DNA from: an uncultured delta proteobacterium
Lineage (GTDB): Bacteria > Desulfobacterota > Desulfobacteria > Desulfobacterales > CAWDIC01
Direction of reading: 5' to 3'
Length of the DNA stretch: 24,000 nucleotides
Assembly (NCBI GenBank): GCA_963802265.1
Contig: CAWDIC010000007.1
Location: 169,608 to 193,607 of the forward strand
Part shown: positions 6,862-16,178 of the stretch, one piece after another
Layout: every line of letters starts with the position of its first letter
How positions within the stretch are numbered: position 1 is the stretch's first letter
Translations under genes and position numbers: made by a program
The notes under the pieces: model-generated
Databases searched by the model: none
Seen by the model: the letters and a program-made list of their open reading frames with translations, nothing else
Told to the model about the DNA's origin: nothing

Positions 6862-7979
6862 ATGCAAACAAAGCAAAAACCCAACATCGGCGTGCTTCGA
6901 GATGAGATTGACGCCATCGACAAGCAGATTCTCGAGTTGATCAACCAGCGTATTTCGATTGCCGTTGAAATTGGAAAGGCCAAAGAGCAGAGCGGCACCC
7001 AGGTTGTCGACAATGCCCGTGAGCTCGCTTTAATCAAGCGGCTTTTAGAGCTCAATAAGGGTCTTTTGAAAAACAGCGCTTTGCGCCGTATTTTCCATGA
7101 TATCATTACAGCATCGCGTGAAGCCCAAAGAGCGGAGGCAACGCCAAGCCTCGGCCCTGATTCCCAAGCCCTTTTCTGTGTTTTCGGTGATCCGGTTGGT
7201 CACAGTCTCAGCCCGGTAATGCACAACAGTGCTTTTGCTTACACAGGCTACAATGGCCTTTACATGGCATTCAAGGTGAGCGACATCTCCCAGGCGATTG
7301 CCGGTATGCGTGTATTGGGAATCAAAGGCGCCAGCATTACGATCCCGCACAAGATTAATGTAATGGGCCAAATAGATGAAATCGACGATATGGCCAAGGA
7401 TATTGGTGCAGTGAATACTGTCGTCAACCAGAATGGCGTTTTACGAGGCTTCAACACGGACTGTCATGGCGCAACTGCGGCATTGTTGAAGCAAACTAAA
7501 ATAGCCAACCGTAGCGTAGCGATTTTCGGCGCAGGAGGGGCGGCCAGGGCGATCGGTTTTGGTATCGTTGCCGAGAGTGGCAAGGTAACAATCTATAACC
7601 GATCTAAAGACAAAGGCGAGGCCCTTGCAAAAGCATTGAATGCAAATTTTTATCCATTATCAGAGATTAAGCAGTTAGAATGCGACATATTGATCAATAC
7701 GACTTCTGTAGGTATGTCACCCCATGTGCAGGCAACTCCAATTCCGGGAAAACTGTTGAAAAAAGAAATGGTCGTCATGGACATCGTCTACAACCCCATC
7801 CAAACGCGTTTCTTAAAGGACGCTAAAAGGCAGCTGGATGCACGGTAATCGAAGGAGTCGACATGTTCGTTTATCAGGGCGCCTCCCAGTTCGAACTGTG
7901 GACCGGTAAAAAAGCTCCGGTGCAGGTAATGAAAAAAGCAGTCTTGGATGCAATAAATAAAAATGAGCGCGGTGAATAG
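6862..7979 (+). CDS. aroE: Chorismate mutase (AroQ class) fused to shikimate 5-dehydrogenase; one -1 frameshift near 7829-7830
   Basis: The N-terminal ~90 aa read LRDEIDAIDKQILELINQRISIAVEIGKAKE...ELALIKRLLELNKG (CM type 2). Then comes FCVFGDPVGHSLSPVMHNSAF...SITIPHK...NTD...IFGAGGAARA (AroE). The C-terminus continues in another frame as AAGCTVIEGVDMFVYQGASQFELWTGKKAP up to TAG 7977-7979. Confidence 0.85.
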
Positions 7980-7993
7980 TAGGATGGTTTTTA

Positions 7994-8209
7994 TATCTCT
8001 CGCCCGCTTCGCTCGAGCCCGCAGAGCTCTCAGAGATACATTATAGTTGCCTGATTTTGAGAGGAAAAATCAGGCCAACAAATAAGATCTTAGAACATTG
8101 TATGCTCGATAGGCAAGAAGCGATACCGAAGGTGAGCTATAAAATCAGAATCTTCCCCTCAAAGATTCTGAAAAATAACTCTGTGCCTCTGTGGTCTCTG
8201 TGAGAAATA
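7994..8209. mobile_element. CTCTGTG-TIR element, copy E3
   Basis: Left: TA TCTCTC GCCCGCTTCGCTCGAGC c CGCAGAG ct CTCAGAG, then hairpin 8050-8074 (loop GAGAGGA). Right: hairpin 8145-8171 (loop CCCCTCA), then CTCTGTG c CTCTGTG gt CTCTGTG AGAAA TA. Confidence 0.75.
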
Positions 8210-8221
8210 ATAATTCTACTT

Positions 8222-8262
8222 AAGCGACACGGTCCTCATATAAAATTAGTGGAGCATTTTAT
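8222..8262 (+). repeat. DH element, copy 14 (degenerate), carries the aroA SD and start
   Basis: AA GCGAC acg GTCct cat ATAAAATta GTGGAG cATTTTAT G. Compare copy 10. Confidence 0.6.
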
Positions 8263-9527
8263 GTATCAAGTCAAAACACAGCCAATTAAAAATACGACCA
8301 TAACCGTTCCCGGGTCCAAAAGCTTCACCCATCGTTTCCTGATCTCTGCGGCGCTGGCAGATGGACAAAGCACTCTGAAAAACTGCCTTCACAGTGAAGA
8401 CACCACTTATACGATGTCCGCTTTACAACAAATGGGAGTCGCCCATAAAAAACAGGGCCAATCGGTTGTTGTTGAAGGCACGAGCGGAGATTTAAGTGCA
8501 CCTGCCGAGCCGATATACCTTGGCAACTCCGGTACATCCATGCGGTTGTTGACAGCTTTGGCAGCCATAAGCAATGGGAAACATGTTTTGACGGGCACAG
8601 AGCGTATGTGTCAGCGTCCTATTGGTGATTTGATCGAAGCGCTTACGCAGATAGGCATCGATGCCCACTCGAAAAATGGGGATGGTTGTCCTCCGGTTGA
8701 AATCAAAGGCGGGCAGCTTGCCGGCGGTAAAGTCGATCTGAATTGCAAAACCAGCAGCCAGTTTCTTTCCGCTCTGTTGTTGATTGCGCCTTATACGACC
8801 GAGGGACTCGATATTCACGTGATCGAGGGGCCGGTATCAAAGCCGTATATCGACATGACGATCCAAACCATGGGCAAATTGGGCGTCGATGTTGATAGCG
8901 AAGGATATCAAAAATATTTTGTCCAGGGGGGGCAGAAATATCAGGCCGGTGAATATTTCGTTGAAGCCTGATTGCTCCCAGGCCAGTTACTTCTGGGCGG
9001 CCGCAGCGATTACCGGTGCTTCGATTAAAATTGAAGGCATTCAACAGGATTCTATCCAAGGTGATGTCCGGTTGGTTGAAATTTTTAGGGCAATGGGGTG
9101 TGATGTGTTTCCGGAATCTGATGGTATCAGGGTTACAGGTGAACCTCTTCGAGCTGTCCGGGTCGATATGTCCGACATGCCGGATATGGTGCCGACGCTT
9201 GCGGTAGTCGCAGCCTTCGCCAAAGGGACAACCGTGATCGAAAACGTTGCCCATTTAAAAGCCAAAGAGAGCGATCGTATCGCATCGGTGGCCAACGAGT
9301 TGGAAAAAATGGGCATCCATGTCAAAAGGGCAGGGGATGGTTTGAGCATCAAAGGAGGAAACCCGAAAGGCGCTGAAATAGACACCTACGACGATCACCG
9401 CATCGCCATGAGCTTTGCCGTGGCAGGCCTTAAAACACCTGGTGTCGTTATAAAAAACGAAGATTGCGTTAAAAAGTCCTTCCCTAATTTCTGGCGGGTC
9501 TTTGAGACCCTATATAAAATCGCTTAA
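8261..9527 (+). CDS. aroA: 3-phosphoshikimate 1-carboxyvinyltransferase (EPSP synthase); one +1 frameshift near 8966-8968
   Basis: Motifs: VPGSKSFTHRFLISAALA, LGNSGTSMRLL, then after the shift PDCSQASYFWAAAAITG, KESDRI and DDHRIAMSFAVAG. GGAG lies 6 nt before ATG 8261. Confidence 0.9.
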
Positions 9528-9557
9528 CGATTTTATATTTGGCGCGACTTCGTCGCT
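9514..9557 (-). repeat. DH element, copy 6
   Basis: ATAAAATCG cttaa CGATTTTAT atttggc GCGAC ttc GTCGC t. It encodes the last aroA codons (LYKIA stop). Confidence 0.85.
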
Positions 9558-9603
9558 TAATTCAACTCACATATGAAAATAATTTAATTTGAAAATATTA
9601 TAT

Positions 9604-10209
9604 ATGAACATTTATTTGGTCGGATATCGCGGTTCCGGTAAAACGACTTTAGGTAAATCTTTGGCGGCCAGGATCGGTTGGCGTTTCATAGACTCAGACG
9701 ATGAAATTATAAAATCATCAGGAATGACAATTCGCGAAATGGTTGATAGCGAAGGATGGAGCGTATTCCGCGAACGGGAATGCAGAATGATAGAGCTAAT
9801 TGCCGGTATACAAAAATGCGTTGTTGCAACCGGCGGCGGTGCAGTGCTAAATCCCGGAAATATTTCTAAAATAAAAGCCAGCGGTAAAGTAATATGGTTG
9901 AAAACCAATCCGGAAACGATAAAAGCAAGGCTTTTAAAAGATACCAACACGAAAGAGCTTAGACCCTCGCTAACTGAGAAGGATTTTGATACAGAAATTG
10001 TAGAAACCCTGAAAGAACGCGAACCTCTATATAAAAAAGCCATGGATGTTGAAATCGATACGGACAATATAGATATTGATAATCTATGTGATAACTATTT
10101 TAACCACATTAGAAATATCAAAATCATCCTAAGATATTTTAGATTTTCCTTTTTCTTCCCTCTCAAAAGAAAAGGAAAAAAACTCTGTGACGCTGTGAGA
10201 GATGTTTGA
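9604..10209 (+). CDS. aroK: Shikimate kinase; the C-terminal ~25 codons read through a repeat element
   Basis: Reads MNIYLVGYRGSGKTTLGKSLA (P-loop), DSD, ATGGGAV. The tail ...IKIILRYFRFSFFFPLKRKGKKLCDAVRDV is encoded by half-element 10144-10203, so the true stop may lie earlier. Confidence 0.85.
   Translation: MNIYLVGYRGSGKTTLGKSLAARIGWRFIDSDDEIIKSSGMTIREMVDSEGWSVFRERECRMIELIAGIQKCVVATGGGAVLNPGNISKIKASGKVIWLKTNPETIKARLLKDTNTKELRPSLTEKDFDTEIVETLKEREPLYKKAMDVEIDTDNIDIDNLCDNYFNHIRNIKIILRYFRFSFFFPLKRKGKKLCDAVRDV
10144..10203 (+). repeat. Half element E5 (right-end type)
   Basis: Hairpin TTTTCCTTTT(T)CTT ccctctc AAAAGAAAAGGAAAA, then CTCTGTG a CGCTGTG AGAGAT. It lies inside the 3' tail of the aroK ORF. 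Confidence 0.6.
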
Positions 10210-10240
10210 TCATCGACTTCAACCCATCGACTCACTGTCA

Positions 10241-10316
10241 GTAACTGGCCAACTGGTTAACCGGTTAAACTGGCTAACTGATAACAGCAACGGACAACCG
10301 ACGACAAACAACTAAC
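10241..10316 (+). repeat. AACTGGCN octamer array followed by a GGACAAC/CA-rich array (aroC leader)
   Basis: GTAACTGGCC AACTGGTT AACCGGTT AAACTGGCT AACTGATA ACAGCAAC GGACAACC GACGACAA ACAACTAAC. It ends 20 nt before the aroC ATG. Confidence 0.8.
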
Positions 10317-10335
10317 ATTATATGGAGCATTATAC

Positions 10336-11424
10336 ATGTCCAGCACTTTCGGTACATTATTTAGAGTTACAACATTCGGCGAATCACATTCCAAAGGTGT
10401 CGGGCGTTATCCTCGATGGCTGTCCTCCCAAGATGTCGCTAAGCGAAGACGATATTCAACCTCAGCTCGATCGCCGCCGCCCTGGACAGAGCAAATTGAC
10501 GACTGAGACGAAGCGAAGCGGATCGTGTCACCATTTTATCCGGGGTTGAAAACGGTAAAACGTTTGGGACACCCATAGGCATGTTTGTGCCCAACAAGGA
10601 TCATCGACCAGGCGATTACAAGGCCATGCAGGATATACCGCGTCCGTCCCATGCGGATTATACCTATCAGATGAAATACGGAATTCGGCCGTCCAGCGGG
10701 GGAGGGCGGTCGAGCGCCAGAGAGACAATCGGCCGGGTTGCCGCTGGCGCCATTGCTGAGAAGATTCTTTTTGAAAGAGCCGGTGTTGAGATTGTCGCAT
10801 GGGTGAGTTCCATCGGCGATATCGATGCCCACGGAATTGATATCGGAACAAATTACACGCCTGCAAGTCGATGAATCACCGGTTCGTTGTCCTGATCCTG
10901 AGATAACCGAAAAAATGGTGCGGAAGGTAAAGGAGGTAAAAGCAGCCTCCGATTCAGTGGGAGGTATTGTATCGTGTGTTTGTCGATTTGTTCCACCTGG
11001 TTTGGGTGAACCGGTTTTCGATAAAATGGAAGCCAAGCTGGCCCATGCCATGTTGTCGATTCCTGCAACCAAGGGATTTGAAATAGGTTCCGGTTTCGCT
11101 GGATCCAGAATGCACGGATCCGAGCACAATGATCCGTTTATGAAAAAGGGGGGTGGGTTAGGGACCGTGACCAATTTTAGCGGCGGCATACAGGGAGGCA
11201 TTACAAATGGTGAGCCGATCGTATTTCGAGTGGCATTCAAACCCCCGGCAACAATTGGACTTGCCCAGCAGACCGTTGACTTTGAGGGCCAACAAGTAAC
11301 CCTGGAAGCCAAAGGCCGCCACGACCCCTGTGTCGTCCCAAGAGCCGTCCCAATCGTAGAGGCGATGGCAGCTTTAGTCTTATGCGACATGTTTTTAATC
11401 CAAGCCACAAGAAGTCACAAATGA
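10336..11424 (+). CDS. aroC: Chorismate synthase; three +1 frameshifts (10402-10404, 10520-10521, about 10840-10870)
   Basis: ATG 10336 gives [23 protein letters not shown]. It continues as [33 protein letters not shown], then [33 protein letters not shown]...RPSHADYTY..., then VRCPD...[13 protein letters not shown]...[18 protein letters not shown]. Confidence 0.85.
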
Positions 11425-11459
11425 AACAAAATTAAAAAAGATTTAGAATTTTTAGAATA

Positions 11460-11489
11460 TTTTTCCTCTGTCAAGCGACAGTGGAAAAA
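11460..11489 (+). other. Strong intercistronic hairpin between aroC and tyrA
   Basis: TTTTTCC-t-CTGTC aagc GACAG-t-GGAAAAA, followed by a T-rich tract. It could be an internal attenuator or an RNA stabiliser. Confidence 0.4.
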
Positions 11490-11542
11490 ATTTTTGATTA
11501 TTTTGTGCTTTTTTGCGGCTAAAAGAAAAGAGCTTTAAACCA

Positions 11543-12289
11543 ATGAAACCAAACAACAAGCCAACCATAGGGATAATTGGATTTGGCCGTTTCGGCAAAC
11601 TGATGGCACGGTATCTTGCCGAGGATTTTAAGGTCGTCGTCTATAACCGAACTGATAAATCAGCGGCAATTAAAGAAATCGGAGCAAACCCAGCATCGCT
11701 GTCATCGGTGTGTAACCAGGATATTGTTATCGTAAGCGTACCCATATCGACCATGCAAACGGTGTTGAGAGAAATTTCGCCCTTACTCAAGCCCGATGCC
11801 TTGGTGGTCGATGTTTGTTCGGTCAAGGTATATCCGACGCAATGGATGAAAGATGCACTCCCGGAAACAGTTTCAATCCTGGCAACACATCCCATGTTTG
11901 GTCCGGACAGTGCAGGTGAAACGCTTAATGGCTCTAAAATATTCGTGAGCCCAGAGCGAATTACAGAAGATTGTTACATAAAGATAAAGAATTATCTTGA
12001 ATCTAAAGGTTTGCTTATTATTGAAGGCACACCAGAGGAACATGATCAACAGATTGCTGTCAGTCTTTCATTGACCCATTTTATCGGCCGTGCATTGTCC
12101 AGCTTCGGAGCGGCACCCCTGAATATCGATACCGAGGGATATAAAAGACTATTGCACATCCTAGAGGTGGTTCAAAACGACACCTGGCAGCTTTTCATGG
12201 ACATGAACCGCTATAATCCTTATGCTGCTGAAAATCGTAAGGCGTTTATGGATGCGATGAAAGCAATCGATGCGAAACTGAAAGTGTAA
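11543..12289 (+). CDS. tyrA: Prephenate/arogenate dehydrogenase
   Basis: IGIIGFGRFGKLMARYL dinucleotide fold, DVCSVK, THPMFGP. An alternative TTG start at 11513 is possible. Confidence 0.8.
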   Translation: MKPNNKPTIGIIGFGRFGKLMARYLAEDFKVVVYNRTDKSAAIKEIGANPASLSSVCNQDIVIVSVPISTMQTVLREISPLLKPDALVVDVCSVKVYPTQWMKDALPETVSILATHPMFGPDSAGETLNGSKIFVSPERITEDCYIKIKNYLESKGLLIIEGTPEEHDQQIAVSLSLTHFIGRALSSFGAAPLNIDTEGYKRLLHILEVVQNDTWQLFMDMNRYNPYAAENRKAFMDAMKAIDAKLKV

Positions 12290-12461
12290 TTTATCACCGC
12301 CCGTCTCGTAACAGCGATAGCTGCGGATAAAATTTTAATCGCTGCTACTTATTCAGGCAGCACTATTTAAAGTAATAAAACTTTTAAATCTTTGCAGCAA
12401 TTCTGTTACGTGCTCTTGCGTCGAATAAATAAAAACACAATTTCTTAAAGGAACAATAACA

Positions 12462-12906
12462 ATGTCTAAAAATAAAAAAATCTTGGTCATCCACGGTCCC
12501 AAATCTGAACATGCTCGGTACACGCGAACCCGATATTTATGGCAACATGACTCTCGCCGAGATCGATGCCAAACTGCTAAAAATCGGAGAGACACTCGGG
12601 ATAACCGTAGAAACATTTCAGTCCAATCACGAGGGAGCTATCGTAGACAAGATCCAGGAAGCTGTTGGAAATTGTCAAGGTCTGATTATCAATCCTGCAG
12701 CATACACTCACACCAGTATCGCCATCCGCGATGCCCTCCTTTTACTCGATGTCCCAATCATCGAGGTCCATCTTTCAAACGTTTACAAAAGAGAATCCTT
12801 CCGGCACAAATCGATGATATCAGACATCGTAACAGCTAAAATGGTAGGTTTCGGCGCAAATGGGTATTTTTTAGCAATTGAGGCGATAAGTCAGTTGGCC
12901 AGTTAA
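12462..12906 (+). CDS. aroQ: 3-dehydroquinate dehydratase, type II; one +1 frameshift in the AAA run at 12501-12503
   Basis: MSKNKKILVIHGP joins NLNMLGTREPDIYG after removing one A. Then come FQSNHEGAIVDKIQEA, IINPAAYTHTSIAIRDA and IEVHLSNV. Confidence 0.85.
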
Positions 12907-12947
12907 CCAGTTATGCCGGTTTAGCCTCTGTTTTGCCAGTTCGACTG
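12891..12947 (-). repeat. AACTGGCN-type array, reverse orientation, across the aroQ stop
   Basis: TCAGTTGGCCAGTTAACCAGTTATGCCGGTTTAGCC...TTGCCAGTTCGACTG. It encodes the last aroQ codons (SQLAS stop). Confidence 0.7.
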
Positions 12948-13019
12948 TTTATGGCGATTTATTCACCGCCCATTCGCGCCGCTCGTTCAAGATCTACCCT
13001 GTATCTATACCTTTTGGTA

Positions 13020-13062
13020 GAGCGACATCGTCGCGTCACATAAAATCGTCTAACGATTTTAT
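13020..13062 (+). repeat. DH element, copy 7
   Basis: GA GCGAC atc GTCGC GTCAc ATAAAATCG tctaa CGATTTTAT. It shares an extended left flank TTTTGGTAGAGCGACATCGTCGCGTCA with copy 8. Confidence 0.9.
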
Positions 13063-13064
13063 CC

Positions 13065-13098
13065 TTGAAAACCGTTCAGGTATGATATATTGTCATAC
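13065..13098 (+). promoter_or_regulatory. Candidate toxin-antitoxin promoter with operator-like inverted repeat
   Basis: TTGAAA (13065-13070) with TATATT/TATTGT at 15-17 bp. It overlaps the inverted repeat GTATGA-N7-TCATAC (13080-13098) just upstream of the RHH antitoxin gene. Confidence 0.4.
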
Positions 13099-13112
13099 TG
13101 GAGGTGATAAAA

Positions 13113-13355
13113 ATGGCAGCTTCAAAAATAGCAATTACAATTGATGATAGAATGTTGAAACAGCTTGATATATTAGTCAAATCAAAGTTTTTTCCAAACC
13201 GCAGCAAGGCTATTCAACAGGCTGTTGCCGAGAAACTGATGCGTCTTGAAAAGAACCGTTTATCTCAAGAATGTGCAAAACTTGATCCAGCATTCGAGCA
13301 ATCCATTGCAGAAGAGGGCTTTTCAACGGAGATAGAAGAATGGCCAGAATATTAA
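13113..13355 (+). CDS. Ribbon-helix-helix (CopG/MazE-like) antitoxin
   Basis: The N-terminus [34 protein letters not shown] is typical RHH, with an acidic C-terminal tail. GGAGGTG lies 6 nt upstream. It overlaps the toxin start by 16 nt. Confidence 0.75.
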   Translation: MAASKIAITIDDRMLKQLDILVKSKFFPNRSKAIQQAVAEKLMRLEKNRLSQECAKLDPAFEQSIAEEGFSTEIEEWPEY

Positions 13356-13678
13356 GAGGAGGAATTTATTGGGCCGATCTAAACCCTGTTATTGGAAGTG
13401 AGCAGGGCGGTCTACGCCCCGTTCTTGTTTTGAGCCAGAATGTTTTTAATGAGCGATCCGGCACAGTCATTGCCGTTGCATTAACGAGTCAACCGCAAAG
13501 AGCAGGATACCCTCTTACATTGGAAATTGAAAACGATGAGCTTCCCAAGAAGTCATGGGTTAAGATCAGTCAAATTCGAACGCTTTCTGTAAAGCGCATA
13601 CAAAAAAAAATTACGAAAGCATCTGAAAAAGATATTGCTCTTGTTATAGAAGGACTAAACGAAATACTTGGCGCTTAA
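13340..13678 (+). CDS. mazF: MazF/PemK-family endoribonuclease toxin
   Basis: [45 protein letters not shown]... matches the PemK/MazF fold pattern. It is 112 aa and translationally coupled to the antitoxin. Confidence 0.85.
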   Translation: MARILRGGIYWADLNPVIGSEQGGLRPVLVLSQNVFNERSGTVIAVALTSQPQRAGYPLTLEIENDELPKKSWVKISQIRTLSVKRIQKKITKASEKDIALVIEGLNEILGA

Positions 13679-13708
13679 TATCGGGCATATAAATCAAGGT
13701 TTTTGGTA

Positions 13709-13751
13709 GAGCGACATCGTCGCGTCATATAAAATTGTTCCACGATTTTAT
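13709..13751 (+). repeat. DH element, copy 8
   Basis: GA GCGAC atc GTCGC GTCAt ATAAAATtG ttcca CGATTTTAT. The T opposite G would be a G-U wobble in a +-strand RNA. Confidence 0.9.
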
Positions 13752-13769
13752 GCCCGAAGGGCTGAGTGT

Positions 13770-13899
13770 TTTATGGATTTTCCCCTCCCTGGCCTGTAGG
13801 TCCGGAAGATCGTACTGGGCTCAGGAAAATCCATAAAGAAATAGTACTCTCTCTGCGTTCTCTGCGTCTCGAGCGAACACAGTGAGCGGGTGTGAGATA
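13770..13899 (+). repeat. Half element E8 (right-end type, expanded loop)
   Basis: A 14-bp perfect stem TTTATGGATTTTCC / GGAAAATCCATAAA encloses a 40-nt loop that starts CCTCCCT and ends CTCA. Then comes CTCTGCG tt CTCTGCG t CTCGAGCGAAcacagtgaGCGGGTGTGAGATA. Confidence 0.6.
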
Positions 13900-13944
13900 A
13901 AAAACCATTATACCAACCGCCCAGATACTGTCGGCGAGCTTTTG

Positions 13945-13973
13945 CTCAGTCCTGAGTCCTTAGCCCTCAGTCC
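13945..13973. repeat. Heptamer array CTCAGTCC TGAGTCC TTAGCCC TCAGTCC across the kinase stop codon
   Basis: Four 7-nt units are seen directly. The minus strand reads AGGACTGAGGGCTAAGGACTCAGGACTGAG and supplies the last codons (RTEG stop) of the hybrid kinase. Confidence 0.7.
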
Positions 13974-15907
13974 TTTTTGTTAAAAGTTCTTTAAGCTTAA
14001 ACGACAACTGCTTAATATTAAACGGCTTTTGAATAAACCCGTCACACCCTCGTTCCAAAATCGGAACCGCCTGGCCATTAACACTGTACCCACTGGACAA
14101 TAGCACTTTCACATTCGGGTCTATTTCTTTAAGGCGATCATAGACTTCGCCGCCATTTATATCCGGCATGATAATGTCCAAAATGACAAGATCGATTTTG
14201 GTGTGTTGCTTTTTAAAAATATCGATTGCGGTCGTGCCGTTGTGTGCGGTTATTACTTCATACCCTAGTTCATTCAGCATCTTTCCATTTACTTCGATAA
14301 TAACGGTTTCATCATCAACCAAAAGAATCGTACCGGATCCCTTAACGATTGCTGGCGTGAGGGCTTTCTCTTCTAATTTGGTTTCAACTTTTTTACCGGT
14401 GGTTACCGGCAGGAAAATATTAAAGGTTGTTCCTTTACCCTTGCTGCTGGTGAAGTTGATGATACCGTCGTGATTTTTTATAATGCCAAAGGCCGAGGCC
14501 AATCCCATGCCGGTCCCTTCGCCCATCTCTTTGGTTGTAAAAAAGGGTTCGAAGATACGCTGTTGAATCTCTTTTTCCATTCCAACGCCGGTGTCGTTTA
14601 CGGAAATTCTTACATAGCGGCCAGGTTTGGCATCATAGGTCTTGGTGAAGCTCTTTTTCAAGGAGACGTTTTCGGTTTCAATATAAACATCACCACCGCC
14701 AGGCATGGCTTGCCAGGCATTGAGGAACAAATTCATCAAGACTTGCTCGATCTGTCCCTGGTCAACTTCAACGGTCCAGATGTTTTCCTGGAAATTTTCG
14801 ATAATTCGAATTTCCTTTTTGGTGCGTTCAAACATGCGGGAAATTCTTTCGACCATTTCATTTAGACTGGTCGCTTTGACCATGTATTTCCCGCCGCGGG
14901 CAAACCCTAGCAACTGTTTGGTCAGTTTGGCCCCGCTCTCAACACAGCGCTCGATACTTTGCACTTCTTCATAAGTGGGTGAATCAGGCTCGAGATCCAA
15001 AAGCAGAAGGGATGTGTTTCCCTGGATTCCCATTAGTAAGTTATTGAAGTCATGAGCAATACCGCCAGCCAAGGTGCCGATCGCTTCCATTTTTTGGGCT
15101 TGCTGCAGCTGCAGTTCCAGTCGTCTTTGATCCGTTACATCGGCAATCATGATCATGTAAGTTTGTGTTTCACTTTTTACGGGGAAGACCTTGAGCGTCA
15201 CCTTCCTGTTGTTCAGATCCAGCGAAGAATCTCCTCCGATTTCGATGGCTTCCTTGATTGTGGATTGGAAAACATGCCTCGACTTAGTCTCGTAATTTAC
15301 CCTCAAACAGATCAGGTGGAAAAGAATATAGGATATCCTCCTGTGGTATCCCGATCATGGAGACCGCAACCGAGTTGGCATAAATCACGCGGTTGTCATA
15401 TATTTCAATAATACCCTCGGAAAGGCTTTCCAGAATGGTTTCCAGGTGATGTTTGCGGGAGAGCAACTCTTTGGTTAGCTGCCGGGCATAAATCGTTTCC
15501 AGGCCAATGACGGGTATGGGATCAGACTTTAATACGGGGCGATCGGATTCTTTAATGGCTTTTAAGACGTTCTCAGCCATCGTGTCGAACGATCCTTTGG
15601 CGATGCATGCATTGACCCCAATTTTGGCATGATCGATATCCAGTTCCGCCGCAGCCGCTGTGAAAAGGATTAAATAAGCGTCTTTCAATCCTTTTTTATT
15701 GCGTACAATTTGGCAGACCTTGTCTCCGTCAATTTTGGGCATAAACATGTCAATGAACATGATGTCCGGCGTGAATTCATCGATGATATCCATCGCCGCA
15801 AATCCATCCTGCGCCAGCCTGACATTGTGTCCTTCCTTGACCAGCGTCTTTTCCAAAAACTTCAGAACCAGCCGGTTGTCATCCACAACAATGATATTTT
15901 TCCCCAT
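13960..15907 (-). CDS. Hybrid sensor histidine kinase REC-PAS-HisKA-HATPase-REC; one frameshift near 15290-15305
   Basis: Track ORFs 15284..15907 (REC IIVVDDNRL...IMFIDMFMPKIDG plus the first PAS half) and 13960..15306 join across a single split PAS domain. The second ORF carries the second PAS half, the H-box GGIAHDFNNLL, the N/G boxes, and a C-terminal REC ILLVDDE...LVILDIIMPDINGGE. Confidence 0.85.
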
Positions 15908-15971
15908 GATAATTATTCCGCCCCACTTTTGACAATTATAGTGTTTTCCAGCTTTTGTTAAGCTAAGTTTA

Positions 15972-16113
15972 TAGAAGTGGTTTTAAAACCTCGGATCATG
16001 TTCGAGAGCAATGCGCCCCGTAGAATAGAAAGGGGAGTCCGCCTCAGGCGGATGAGCAAATTCGCGGGACAACACCGCTATTGGACATTAGAGGGGTTTT
16101 AAAACCGTTTCTA
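15972..16113. mobile_element. 142-bp MITE-like element with 19-bp terminal inverted repeats
   Basis: TAGAAGTGGTTTTAAAACC (15972-15990) matches the reverse complement of GGTTTTAAAACCGTTTCTA (16095-16113) at 17/19 positions. Internal hairpins include TCCGCC tca GGCGGA. Confidence 0.6.
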
Positions 16114-16178
16114 CATAGCATTTCAATAATTCCAATGCAATCATCAAGAAATTCACAGACGTTAAATCGTGTTGCCAA

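Noticed and set aside
10536-11408. Long antisense ORFs inside aro genes (290 aa at 10536..11408, 183 aa at 8703..9254, 151 aa at 9612..10067, 128 aa at 5952..6338)
   Set aside because: They lie opposite clearly recognisable aroC, aroA, aroK and aroG coding sequence. Their products have no recognisable motifs and have biased, Pro/Gly/Ser/Arg-rich composition typical of shadow frames.
12290-12978. Shared motif ATTTAT(T)CACCGCCC downstream of tyrA (12290-12308) and aroQ (12957-12978)
   Set aside because: There are only two copies with about 16 of 20 matches and no obvious structure. It is noted but not enough to call a feature.
13011-13040. tRNA-like string TTGGTAGAGCG next to the GCGAC hairpin
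   Set aside because: It resembles a tRNA D-arm. However, the following hairpin has a 3-nt loop, and there is no anticodon arm, T-arm or acceptor pairing.
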